From Geosiphon pyriformis uo1 (Eukaryota > Fungi > Glomeromycota): a stretch of DNA of 64,000 bases. Location: positions 186,001 to 250,000 of the forward strand of contig JAAOMT010000586.1 in NCBI GenBank assembly GCA_016748015.1. Direction: 5' to 3'. This document shows, piece after piece, positions 12,645 through 26,797 of this stretch. Position numbers and translations under genes: made by a program. A model generated the notes under the pieces. That model had not been told where the DNA came from. It was given only the letters and a program-made list of their open reading frames with translations, and searched no databases. The first letter of the stretch is position 1. The number at the start of each line of letters is the position of its first letter.

Positions 12645-14870
12645 ATGTAAACAAAAACAGTTTTGGTTATATTCAGACTTTTTTTCTTGTTATCATGTAC
12701 ATTGATTATTGGTCAAATAGAAAGCTTATTAATTTTTCTGCCAATTGCTTTAAGAAAGTGTTTGACAATAACATTAACAAATAATTTACTGTTTAATATT
12801 AAGTCAATAAAATAACCAGCTATTTGTGTTTTGCAAATTAAAAGAATAATATTTCTATTGTTAGCAAATTCAGTATGACAAAAATGCTTATTGGTTTTTG
12901 ATGTTTTCTTTTTAGAAATCAAGAATTGCAAAAATTTTTTCTAAACTATAAATGAATTATTAATTGGCCAAAAGTTATATGTCTTGAAATTTTTATAAGA
13001 TCTTTAACAATAGAATAAAGACAAGATTTTTGTACTATTTTTGAAGATTTCAACTTTAGGGAATTTTTAAAAACTTTAGTCTTTGGTGGCTTATTATTAT
13101 CAACAGTTGATGTGAAAGCTTTATTAAGGTTCAGAGCAAAATCAATCTTGGCTTTCTTTTTCATTTTTGTTGAATTAGAGAGATTGATTGCCAGTTTATC
13201 TATATTATAATCATTATTAGTTAGATTAAAAGTATAAAAGAGGTTTTTTTTTTATTGACTTGTACTTTTACCCTTTGGAGATGTACTTACTATTTAAAGA
13301 CTAATAAACAATGGCTTCAACTAAAAGATCTTCTTCAAAGAAATTAATGTTGACATAATTAAATCTTTGATTAGGAACATTATTGTTGTTGGGTTTATTG
13401 TTTTAAATATCATTGTTTTTAGGAACTAAAAGAAGCAAGAAAGAATTGTTGCAATCTCTTGAAAAATGTCTAGTTAATTCATAGTAATAATATATTAGTG
13501 GGTCATAATTTTGTTGTTTTTAATATAATGATTGCTAAGGCTAATTAAAACATAATTTAAATCTAGATTTTTGTAGTTGTTAAGTTTCTTTGACTGCTTA
13601 AGTTAAGTGTTCTAGTAACTAAGCAAAATTGGCTGTAAGTCTATTTATTAATTGTTTATTTAAGTCTTGAGTTTAAGCAACAAAAAAGGTAGCAGCTATT
13701 TGAAGAGCAGAAGCCATAATAGAAGTAAAAACAAAAACTAGAAATGTGAATTCCAAATACATTTTTTGGTTGTCTTCTATTCTTTAAACAAATTCAATAG
13801 TCATATCTATGGTAGAATTATTTTTTAAAGCCAAGAAAAGCCAAAAAGCATACAAAAAATTAGTTTTCAATTTTTTTGTAAAGGAATGAATCTTTTGTTT
13901 TTCTCTTCAGTTTTTTCCAAAGTTTATCTATTTGATTAATTTTCTAATTGCTTTGGCATATTTAGTTACAACTTTATCAAGATCTTGAGTTTTTTTTTAA
14001 TTTCATATGTTATTTGGATATTAAGATTGAAGTTTTAAATTTGTTTTTAAACCAAGTAGTAAAAAAAATATTGTCTTTTTCAGCATTTGCTAATGTTTAT
14101 TTAATAATTTTTTGCTGGGAATTGGCATTAGTTTCTTGTAAAAACCAGATGACAAAAGAATTTTGAAGATATTCACCAATGATTTAAAACTTGTAATCAG
14201 TATTATATTGGTTGGTTGTAATAGCTCTTTTAAAATTATCTAACTATTCAATTGGATTTTGTGCATCATCTTTGAATAAGAGTAATAAAGTGTTGTTTTT
14301 TTGTTTTAGAACAGTTTGTATATCTTGGAAGACAGCCAAAATGTTTGTTTGCATAGAATCAACAGCCATTGGTTTATAAATAGCTGTTTGTGTAAAATAT
14401 TCTAATTTATTTGAAAAAAGATTAAAAACAGAAGTGGTTTGGTAATTTTTTTCTTATGTTTTAAAAAAAGTTTTAGCTAATTGATAAGCAACAATTTAAA
14501 TGTGAATTTGGTAATTCAGATATTAAAAATTAGAAGGCTGTTGTTTAAAGATTGTTAAGTATAAAAGCTGATTAATGCTGTTGTTTCTTTTTTTAAAAGT
14601 TTCTTTCAAATAGGCTTGATTAAAGAAATAAGTTGTATAGACTATATAGATTTTAGCTGAATGCTTATTTAGGAACCAGTTCTAAAAGTCTTGAAATTGT
14701 CTAATGAATTGTTTTTTAAGAGGAAAGCAGATTAAACAAAAGAGCAGAAAATTGAGTGCAATAAAATTTAAGTTGTTTCTGTTGTATATTACAAAGTATT
14801 CTTCTAATTGTTGTGACAAGTATAAATAATTATTCATACAATAAAAAAATAAGTGGATTTTGACAACATT

Positions 14871-14883
14871 ACAGGAAGCACCA
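14871..14883 (-). promoter_or_regulatory. Primer-binding site TGGTGCTTCCTGT
   Basis: Complement of a tRNA-like 3' end ..ACAGGAAGCACCA, 6 nt from the LTR. Confidence 0.8.
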
Positions 14884-14889
14884 CTTTTA

Positions 14890-15541
14890 TGTTACAGGTT
14901 GGAGTAACATGTTAATGAATAGCAAAAAAAAACAGAATTGTAGAATAATAAAATTAATAAAAGAGAATTTAACTTTAAGAAGCAAATTAAATAAGTATGG
15001 ATTCAATGTACAAGATCAGTTTTATAAAATATTTTAGTTACTAATCTTTTTAAAAAATAACTAAGGAATCTAAAGATAAAGAGATAGTCTATACTGTCAA
15101 CAAATAATAATATACTAATATAAATTTATGTCTTATATTAACACTCTTAAAATTTGATATTAGATATCAAATGTACTTTTCAGTCATGTTTTATTTAATA
15201 ATCTTTAAATACTACAATTATAAAAGTTAAAAAAAAGATAGATAAATGTCAACAAATAATTTTTTATTCCAAGATATTTAGATACTTAAAAATAAAAAAA
15301 GAGGAATAAACAATAGAAAAAAGATTAAAATAATAGTTATTATTTTATTTATTCTTAATTAATTGCTATATGCTTTGTTATATCTGAAAGACTTATTATT
15401 TATATAGCTATTAAAAATGGTCAATAATCAGGTCAATAAGTAGATTAATAATTATTATATAAAAATAGTGTGGCTAATTATATAATATTAATGGCTAATA
15501 CATATGATAACTAATAAAAACTATGAATTTCAACCATAATA
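14890..15541 (-). repeat. 5' LTR type B (652 bp)
   Basis: Pairs with 7088-7750; PBS adjacent. Confidence 0.9.
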
Positions 15542-16100
15542 GTATTATGTATACATTTTGGCATAATACTTTCATTATTATTACTGAATTATTTAAGTTC
15601 TTGCTTTTTTGAAAAATCTAAGAGTGCAATGTTATTCATAGAAAAGTACAAAAAAGAAAGTAAGAAAAAATAGACCAATAGAAAAATAGTACTTAGTGAA
15701 TAAATACAATATTAAAAATTATAACATATTGTCAGTGAATTATGGCACATTGCTTAGCAATAAGCATATTGTCAGAAAATTATGATATATTGCTTAGCAA
15801 TAAGCATATTATTAGAGAAAATAGAGCATATTGTTCAAGAAAATATGAGATTTCATATAACAAAAAATATGTATATATAGTAAGAGTATTAGAAACAGAA
15901 AAGACAGAATCAATACAAACAAAATTAGTAAAACTCATTAATTACCCAATACTTTTTTCTTCAAAAGATAGTTTTCTACAACTTAAAATAAAATCAACTT
16001 ATATATAAATAAAATATTAATTATTACCTAAAATTCATATACAATCACTTAATTAAGAAATATTAATCAATTCCATATTATTAACATTCCATGTTGCTTT
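15542..16100 (-). pseudogene. Gypsy pol remnant upstream of and including the dUTPase start; contains a ~39-bp tandem duplication (about 15728-15812)
   Basis: Reads ..IALLDFSKKQELK*FSNNNESIMPKCIHN and continues at 7083. TTGCTTAGCAATAAGCATATT is repeated. Confidence 0.55.
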
Positions 16101-16109
16101 AAAAAAATA

Positions 16110-18813
16110 TTTGATAATAACACTAATAAATAATTTATTGTCTAAAATCAGATTAATAAAGTAGTTAGCTATTTGGACTTTGCAAATTAAAAAGATAGTA
16201 TTGCTATTGTTAACAAGTCTAGCTTAACAAAAATACTTGTTAATCTGTAGTGTTTTTTTTTTGGTATTAAAAATTTGTAAAGATTTTTTTTAAACTGTAG
16301 ATAGATTATTAGTTGGCCAAAAGTAATGTGTATTAGAATTTTTATAAGATTTTTAACAACAAAATAAAAACCAAATTTTTGCATTATTTTTGAGAGTTTT
16401 AACTTTAAAAATTTTTTGAATACTTTAGTTTTTAATGGTTTATTATTATTAGCAGTTAATATAAAAGCTTTATTAAATCTAAGACAAAATTAATATTGGT
16501 TTTTTTTTCTTTTTTGTTGAGTTAGAGAAGTTAATTGCTATTTTATTTATATTATGATTATTATTAATTAAATTAAAAGTGTAAAAAAGGTTTTTTTTAA
16601 TTAATTTGCACTTTTATTCTTTAAATATATGTCTATTAATTTAAAAATTAATAAACAATGGCTTTAATTAAAAGATTCTTTTTAAAAAATTAATGTTAAT
16701 ATAATTAGATTTTTAATTAATGATATTATTATTAATAATTCTGTTGTATTAAGTATTATTGTTTCTAAAAGCTGAAAAAAACAATAAAAAATTGTTGCAA
16801 TCTCTTAAAAAATGTTTAGTTAATTTACAATAATAGTATATAAATAGGCCACAATTTTGCTGTTTTTAATAAAAAGACTTTTAAGATTGATTAAAATGGA
16901 ATTTAAATCTGAATTTTTGAAGTTGTTGAATTTTTCTGACTGCTTAGACTAATAGGTTTAATAACCAGACAAAATTGTTGTAAGTTTATTTATTAATTGT
17001 TTATTAGGATCTTAAGTTTTAATAACAAAAAAGATAGTAGTATTTAAGAAATAATAGCTAAAATAAGAACAAAAGCAAAAACTGAAAATATGAATCCCAA
17101 ATACATTTTTTGGTTATCTTCAATTTTTTGTGTAAGTTTAATAACTATATTCATAATTGGATTTTTTTTTAGAGTCAAAAGAGGTCAAAAAACATAAAAT
17201 AAGTTAGTTTTTAATCTTTTTATTAAAAAATAAATTTTTTGTTTTCTATTTAGTTTTTTCCAGAGTTTATTTATTTAATAAACTTTTTGATTGCTTTGAC
17301 ATATTTGGTTATAATTTTATCAAGGTCTTGTGTTTTTTTTTTAATTCTATATACTATTTGAAAATCAAGATAAATGTTTTGAATTTGTTTTTAAACTAAA
17401 TAGTACAAAAATTATTATTTTTTAGTATTTATTAATGTTTATTTAATAATTTTTTGATAAGCATTAACATTAGTTTTTTGTCAAAACCAATTAACAAAAA
17501 AGCTTTAAAAATAGTCACTAATAATTTGGAACTTGTATTTAGTATTATGTTAGCTGACTATAGCTGTTTTTTAAAAATCATTTAACTATTTAATTAAGTC
17601 TTAAACATTATTTTTAAATAATAGTAATAAGATGTTATTTTTTTACTCTAAAGCAGTTTGTATGTCTTAAAAAGCAGCCAGAATGTTTGTTTGCATAAAA
17701 TTAACAACCATTGGTTCAGAAGTAGCTATTTATGTAAAATAATTTAATTTACTTAAAAAGAGATCAAAAACAAAAACAGTTTGATAGCTTTTTTCTTCTG
17801 TTTTAAAAAAAGTTTATTTAAAAAGATAAATTGTGTATACTATATAGATTTTGGTTAAATGCTTATTCAAAAACCAGTTTTAAAAGTTTTGAAATTATTT
17901 GTTAAATTGTTTTTCAATAGAAAAGCAAATTAAACAAAAGAGCAGAAAGTTGAGTTTAATAAAATTTAGATAATTTTTGTTGTGTACTACAAAGTATTTT
18001 TCTGATTATTATAGCAGATATAAATAATTACTTATACAATAAAAAATAAGTGAATTTTAACAATTTTATAGGAAGCAGTATTTTTATGTTATAAATTAAA
18101 ATAACAAATTAACAGATAGCAAAAAAAAACAGTATTGTAGAGTAATAAAAATAATTAAAGAAAAAATTACAATAAGAAAGCAAATTAAATAAGTAAGAAT
18201 TTTATGTGGATAATTAATTTCATAAAAATTACAGTTGTAAATTTTTTTGGAAATCTAAAAATAAAAAAATAGTTCATAATTGTTAATAAAATAATACTAT
18301 TGATATTATTCTATGTCTTAACTTGACAATTTTTAGAATTAATAACAAGTATTGTTGTGCTTTTTAATTATTTTTTTTATTTAATGAATTACAAAAGCAA
18401 ACAATTATTTTTCAAATTAATTCTAACGATACAAATTAAAAAAAAGAAAAAAATAAGATATGTAAATACCAACAAGTAATCTTTTATTTTAAAATGTTTA
18501 AATATTTAAAGATAAAAAAAAAAATAAGTAATATAAAAAAAAGTAATTAATAGTGAGTTTTATTTTGTTATTTTGATTATGTTTTTCTACAGTTGAGAAA
18601 TTTATTACTTATATAATTATTAAAAATAATCAACAATCAGGTCAATAACTAAGTTAATAATTAAATCAATAATCAGATCAATAATTAGGTTAATAATTAG
18701 GTCATTAATTAAGTTATTAATCAAGTTAACAATTATTATCTAAAAATAGAATTAATTATATAACATCTAATATATATAATAATTATTAAAAACCATGAGT
18801 TTTAATCATAACA
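16110..18813 (-). mobile_element. Second, truncated type B Gypsy copy (5' LTR 18087-18813, eroded PBS, gag-protease)
   Basis: 16110-18086 aligns with 12745-14889. The LTR aligns with 14890-15541 and ends AATCATAACA. Confidence 0.88.
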
Positions 18814-19239
18814 ATAAAATAATGTCACAACAAGTTATATAAAAAAAACTTTTTTTCTTTAAAAAATATATTTTATTTAGAATTAAGCTTATATTTAAAT
18901 ATTATTGATTACAAATTAATCTAATAAAATTACCTTAAAAAACTAAAAATTTCTAATTATTATTGCTTTAAAATTGTGTATTTTCAAATTAACAAACTTA
19001 AAATTAATTAACTATTAATTTTAGTAATTATTAATATTTCTAAGTTAAAATCTAAAATAATTTTTTTATATATATTTCTTATTTTTTTTTTAGTTTAAAA
19101 ATTTTTTTATTTTTATATTATTAAATAATCTATAGTCAAGCTTTCTATAGAAAAGTTAACTTTTATAAAAAAGTAACTAATATATTATTAAGATAATTTA
19201 CAGACAAAATTTTTCTGTAAAAAAATCAAATTTTATCAT

Positions 19240-20750
19240 AAAACAATTACATAAAAATAATAGACACAAAATTGGTTATTTTATTATAAGTCTAAAAATG
19301 TACTGCCAAAATATAGAAAAATACTTTGAAGATAAATTAGTTTATTAGAAGTTTATCACTTTTTATTAAACAGCAGAACTAATAGTTAACAATATTAATG
19401 ACATCAAAAAAAAAATAGAAATTTTTTTGGTAATATTTAATGTTTTTTTAAAAATAACATAATAACAATTACATTAAAGTAGTAATTGTATTTAATATAA
19501 TAACTCTAAAATATTATCAATTGATTTATACTTACTGTAAACAATAATTTAAAATCCAAAACAAAATTACAATTATTAAAAAAACACTTTTTTAATTTAT
19601 TAAAAACCAAATTAACAATTGTTTTTTTGAAGATTACAACTTTATAATAGTCAAACAAAATTTATTTAACAATTTAATTTACTATTTTTATACAGAATTA
19701 AAAGCTATTAATGCAGAAGCTTATATTACTTATTTTAAAAACTTAATTATAATATTATTTAATTTTGTAAAAAAAATATTTTGCTAACTTATAATTTGTT
19801 CTTAAATTTAAATTTAAATCTAAAACTAATAGTAAAAGCAAACAAAAAACCATTAAACCAATTCACATAACTTTCAATACACCAAAAACAACATTTAAAC
19901 AATTATAAATACTTAAGTAAAAAATTAGTTTTAAATTACAATTTTTTATTACAACTTTTTTAGTTTTACTTACTTAAACACAAATATCTAATTTATTATT
20001 TAATCATTTTTTAAGACCAAAAAACTTTATTAAAAGTTTTATCTAACAGCCAAAACTAATTTATACTAGTCCTAACTTTTTTAATTATTTAATCAAAAAC
20101 TAAAATAAATATACAAAATCTCTAGTCAATAAAAAAAACTTTTTTGAACCAATAAAAAAAAAACTGCAGATAACAAAAAAATAATAAAAAATAAATAAAT
20201 ATTGTTTATATTACAAAAATTTTAAAATTTTAAAAAAAAACTTTAAAATTAGGCTTTAAAAGTAGTTTAATAAAATTGTCAAAGCAAAAGATACCAATAA
20301 ATAAAACACAGCAAAAATATTAAAAACAATTTTTTATTTTTTATAAAAAACTATAATCAAATGGTTTAAAAACCTAATAGCACTTTTTAATAATTAGTAA
20401 GCTTTTAAAACTGTTTTTCTTGAATAGTTTACTAATAATAACATATTTATTATTCTTTAAAATCACTTTTGAAATATCAAACAAAAATTAATTAAATTTT
20501 TTATAACTTATCTAAAGAAGTTTAACAAATTTTTTTGAAAAATTAAACAATTAGAAAACAACAATTATTATTTCAATAACTAAATATTGAATTAATTTAT
20601 TATGAAACCAAAAAATAAATTCATTAAAAAAATTTGACCATATATATTAAAAAATTTAATTACTGTTATAATATATGTTAAAAACTATAAAATAGCAACC
20701 AAAAAAGCAAATTATACTAAATTTATCAATTTTGCTATTGGCAAAACCAA
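19240..20750 (+). mobile_element. Heavily eroded Gypsy gag remnant
   Basis: Residual gag-like translation near 20270-20720 (IVKAKDTNK..ILKTIFYFL..IKWFKN; ..ANYTKFINFAIGKT). Confidence 0.5.
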
Positions 20751-20759
20751 AAAAAAACA

Positions 20760-21950
20760 TTATAACAAAGAATATTTTTGTAAAAATGGTATTTAATATA
20801 AGAAAAAATAAATATTTATTAATTTTTTTGTTTGTTTGTTAAATAGAATTAAAAATATAATATTATTAATAAGTTTATTAATATGTAAAAATTATGTATT
20901 AAAGCTTTAATTTTTAACTTTTTTATCTTAAATTGTTTAATACTTGTTAAAAAAATAATACTATATATATAATTTTTACTAAAAATTTGTTATTTAAAAA
21001 TTAATATAAAAAAATTTTAAATTATTTTAAAAACATAAATCTAGTATTATTTGAAATTTAACTTTAAATTATAAAAAAAAGATCTAATTATTCAACTTTA
21101 AATACAAAATAGAATATAAAACAATCTAATTAATAAATATTTTGTAGTTTTTAATATAATTAATTATTTAATATTGATAAATATTAGTAAAACTTGTTTA
21201 TTTGGTTTTGTTTTAGTTTTTAATTATAAAAATAATAATCAGATTACACTTTGTAAAAAATAATAAAAAAACATAAATTAATTATTTTTATACAATTATA
21301 ATTGAAAAATAAATTAACTTTTTAACTATTAAAAATAAATAAAAAATGAGTTTAATATTTAGTTATTATAAAACATTAATAATATTGTAAAAATACTTTT
21401 TTTGGTTTTATTGTAATATTTATTAAAACATTTAATTCAAATTAATAATTAATTTGTAATTGTTTTTGTAAAATTAAATAAAAAATAAAAAAAAACTTGT
21501 TTTATAAAAACACAAGTTTAAAGTTTAGTTTTAATAATATTAATATTTACAAAACCTGATAACTGTTTTGTTGAAAAGCTGAATTTGTTTTAATTTAATA
21601 TTTTTTTAAAAAATCAAGTTTTATTAAAAAACTTAGATAATAATTTATTTTTAAATTACATAAAGTAAAATCATGTAGATTCTTAAATAATAAAAAAATT
21701 GAAAGTTTTGTAGATGTTTTAACTAATATTTTAATGGTTAAAAATATTTTTAATGTAGTTATAACATATTAAAATAAAAAAGTTTCATAATTTGTAAAAT
21801 TAAGATAAGTAATACATTAAATTTTAAAAATAAGTGTTTTAATGTAAAATATTCTTAATTAGCTTAAATAGTTGGTTAAATATAAAAAATACATAAGCTG
21901 CATTTATTATAAGTAAATAGCAATTGGATTACATTCAATAAAGCATTATA
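20760..21950 (+). mobile_element. Heavily eroded LINE ORF2 remnant (RNase H / C-terminal region)
   Basis: CATAAAGTAAAATCATGTAG near 21660 resembles CATAAAGTGAAAGACCACTC at 56867. TTGGTTAAATATAAAAAATAC near 21872 resembles the LINE C-terminus near 57600. Confidence 0.45.
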
Positions 21951-22075
21951 AAAAATTTACAATAATGATAAAATTTATTTATTTATTAATAAACTCAATT
22001 AACTAAATTTTCTACATTAAAATCACCATTATTTCCTGCTTTATTATATCGAGTCTGATCATTCCTGAAAACCCA

Positions 22076-23041
<966 letters not shown>

Positions 23042-23188
23042 CAATTACTTTGTCATAAATTATCATGACTTGCGATCAAATTTAAGTCCGAATAATGGAG
23101 AAAACTCTCGGAAATTTTATTTTTCAATTATAAATATCAAATATAATTCTTTGTCGCATATTTTTAAAGTAATTTCACCCGTTCATGA

Positions 23189-26100
23189 TTAATTACCAGC
23201 AGCTACCTCTTTTTTGAACGCTGATACCTGCCTTTGATACTCAGCAGCAAGTGAATGCTTCTTATGCAATAACATCAACAAGAAATCGACCCTTTCTTTA
23301 ATCTCTGATGGAATCTTACCCGCACCAAGCAACCAGTTACCGTCTTGTTTTACAAAAAGTTGTCCAAGTGTGTTTAATTCAGCTTCATATTTATGGATCT
23401 TAGCCGTTTCATAAGCCAAAAGGTACTCATATGTTTGAAGCTCCATTGTTGCCGCAAACAATTTTTCAGATGCTATTTGTTGAAACGCAGCTTGGTAAAG
23501 AGGTTTACCTGGACGAATTATATAAGGACGTCCTGGATAATTCAATAAGCATGTGTTTAATAAAAATCAACAAACAAGTTTTAATTCAAGGACAAAGGAA
23601 TGAACTGGGCACCATTTAATTGCATAATTGTAATTAGCTCAGCTTGTTCCATAGCTTTAAGTGGTGTATCATCTTTATTAAATATTGGGGAGAATTTTTC
23701 AGTGTCGTAAAATATCTAATAAATTCACCGATTAATTCCTTTTAATTCAAATTGAATGTAAAGAAATATTAAAACTGAATAAGCTTCTTACTGTTTTATT
23801 TTGCGCGAGGCCTTTCATAATCTTCCAAAATTGTATTCCTGTCCAAGGTATATCTTTGGAATCTTGAACATCATCGCCAAATGCGTATTTTCGAATTTCG
23901 AGAATTGATTTACTTATAAGATCATTCAATGCCTCTAAACAATAATGATAAATTCAGCTATTGTGGGTGATGAATTTAATTTTTGAATTATTTGGTTCAA
24001 GTTACCTGTTGGAGATCTCCCTCCCTTAATCTTACTTATGAAGATTTGTAAATCAGTAAAACGACCTCCAAAAGTTTGTACTGCCTCATCTATTTTCTCA
24101 ATGTTGGCATCACCCACATGTTTCTTAACAAGATCAATTGCCCTCTCTGGTGGAGCATCAGAAAGGATTACATAATTGAATGTCTTGGTAGGTAGAACTT
24201 CGTGAGCCGATAGGCAAATGGGAAAGTGTTTTAATTTAGAATAAGCTAAAAACAATTATTTTAAAATTAATTCAATATAGAATAAAATAATTGTACCTCG
24301 ACTAAGTGGTTTGATGACTCCACTATTTGAAGTAGCAAAAATTACATGGGCCACACGATTTTCTACCAGCAGGGCTGCAAATTTTGCCAAATGTTCCCAT
24401 AATTCATGGTTTTCTTTATCTTTAGTTATATAGCTGTCAATCACTACAACAGGTATCTCGTTTGGATCGTAGGATTGGTTTACAGGTGCAGTTTTAAGAA
24501 GATCTCGAGATGTCTTTTTTATGGCTTCCGGTGCAATATCGTGGAGTGAAATGGCCAGAGCATCAAGAATTTTCTTGATTTCGGTGTCAGTTGTAGAAGA
24601 GAAGCCTGAAGATACAAAATTTTTTTAAAATCTCTTGCTGAGCAAATAAGTAAAAGTCCTATTAGATACCTGCTTTTTGTCCAAGAGTTGCACCCGCCAA
24701 GGAATCAATCAGGTTAGACATGGATACAAGAAAATTAAATACCGGAAAATATCCAATCTGTTTTGCTAATTTCAAGACTACTTCATTTTGATCACGGGAA
24801 CTAAGAATTTCATCACATTTGATCACAACTTTTGCTCTATGCATGATTGATGAAAAATAAGGTCAGTATATTGCTATCGATCAATTGAAAAATATATTTC
24901 CTTACTTCTTTTCCGAAATAATGTTGTTAATAAAGCCGGTCTTGCCGCTACCACGTGGACCAAGACAAACAATGAACGTTTCTATAGCAGAGCATGTCAG
25001 CATATCCACATAAACACTTTATAAGAAGGCAATGAGTTAATAACCTGGTGGCTCCTTCAACCAATTTCGAAGCTTTGCAGCCTCGGCTTCGCGTTCTGCC
25101 CACGAACTAACATCAGGCAATGTCCCCCCTTCATCAGATGTTGTCTTATACGCCCATAAACGATCAACAGTTTCATGGCGAAGCCATTGATAAAGAGGAT
25201 ATTCTTGAAGGTTAAACCTTTGTGTTGCTTTAGACGTGATCATGAATTGGCGAAGAGGATCAAAGCTGCCAAGTAATATTTTTGATCAATATCATACTTT
25301 ATAAAATTTTTATTGAAATTGTGCTAAATCTAGAGTTGAACTCACACAAGGTATGTTATAAGAGCAGCTAAGCCAGCGATAAGGGGAATCTATTGAAGGG
25401 TATCATCATTAAAAAAATTTCATGAAAAGGAAAAGAATAATTTAATATTAAAAATTCCTCACCGATAATCTGGGGTGCTTTGTTATCCAATCCATGATTA
25501 TATTGCTTTTCTAAAGACAGTAAATCTATAAATATCAAAGATCCAGCTTGAGAACAAGAACCAACTGTGATGTGTTACTTACAAGTGGTGCCTCATACAT
25601 GATGCTGAGCCTCGTGCCATTCACTACCACTCCATGAACACAATTTTTTGCACTCGTTGCTGCACGTATTACAGAATATTGTACCATGGCGAATCTCGGT
25701 AAGTCTTTCACAGATGGTGATAGAATATTTATATCACGAATACGCCCGTAACAACGGAAAATCTTATACAGTGTTTCCTTTAAGAAAACGACTAATTAGG
25801 AAATATAGCTGGAAATTTTGCAAAAAATATAAATGATTTTAATTACATACAATAGAAACATCCGAGCCTTGAAATTCGACGCGCAAGCGACTTATATTTG
25901 AGAATTAATTGAACGGAAATGAGCTGCTGAAAAGCATCTAGAAATATTGCAATCAATATGATTGCCTTCACCTAGCGGGATATCTGCTAGTCAAATCTTC
26001 GATGAAAGGTTCACCCTAAAATATATTATATAAAATAAGCATATATATGAGATTCAATTTTCTCAAAGGGGTAGGATGAATTTTTTACCTTGACCAAAAA

Positions 26101-26797
26101 GACCCTGGGTTTTATGAAATTAAACCAGGGAATAACGCGTTTATTGGGGCAATGATTTTCCACAATCTCACGAATATCTTCCAACGCTTGATCTTTTTGA
26201 GCAGGATCCGCACAAAACGAAAATTTAACAAACATTCCACCTTCTCTCCGTCTGAATGAATTAAATAAATTTTGCAGTTATGAATACCAATTGGTCCTAA
26301 ATTTATTCAATGACTTACCTGGGCTCCACAACTTCAACTGTAAAATTATAAGGCAAATCCTGTTCTTTAGGAAGCCATTTCTCACCCGACTTCACTTTAT
26401 TTTCCAAACCCTCTTTGCTTGGCCTCACGATATAATAACGAAAATCAAAAAAGCCAATTCTCACAGGAAATACATTATCAAAAAAGAGGCGTGCGTGGTA
26501 GGTTGGCAAAGACTAAATTATACAAGTTTGAGATAATTTGATGGTATGTTCAGTATAGACTACAAGTCAAAAGTAAAAGCCTACCTTAATACCTCCTTTT
26601 GTTGCCTCTTCTGAAAAAGAGCTAAAATTTCGTTTGAGATGGCAGAATTTTAGAGAATCTTGGCGTGGGAAACCAAAACAGTCGAATCGCACTGTTTGAG
26701 GTTTTATGGGTGTTGTGGTTTTCCCACAATAATGATGAAATAAACGAAAACTGGTTCCAAGTTTATGTCTCGCCTCTCCTTGAAGAAAACGAAACAT
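23189..26797 (-). CDS. YME2: Mitochondrial escape protein 2 (Yme2/Rna12; RRM, TM segment and P-loop domain), multi-exon
   Basis: Basic presequence-like start MFRFLQGEARHK. FFDNVFPVRIGFFDFRY. RRM with LRVEFQG near 25870-25890. Hydrophobic IPLIAGLAALITYLV then FDPLRQFMI. Walker A GPRGSGKT near 24940-24963. LVENRVAHVIF, GGRFTDL, IRPGKPLYQAAF. The ATG at 26797 is chosen; an upstream in-frame ATG exists at 26881. Confidence 0.88.

Larger units (their letters stand above)
7088..15541 (-). mobile_element. Full-length degenerate Ty3/Gypsy element type B with 4-bp TSD GTAT
   Basis: Two matching LTRs (7088-7750 and 14890-15541). GTAT at 7084-7087 and 15542-15545. PBS at 14871-14883. Gag with a CCHC remnant near 13450-13490. 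Protease near 11650-12850. RT with VYLNNIMVYS (eroded YLDD) near 10570-10600. RNase H 9991-10224. Integrase near 8540-9600. Extra 3' ORF near 7770-8400. Confidence 0.92.
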
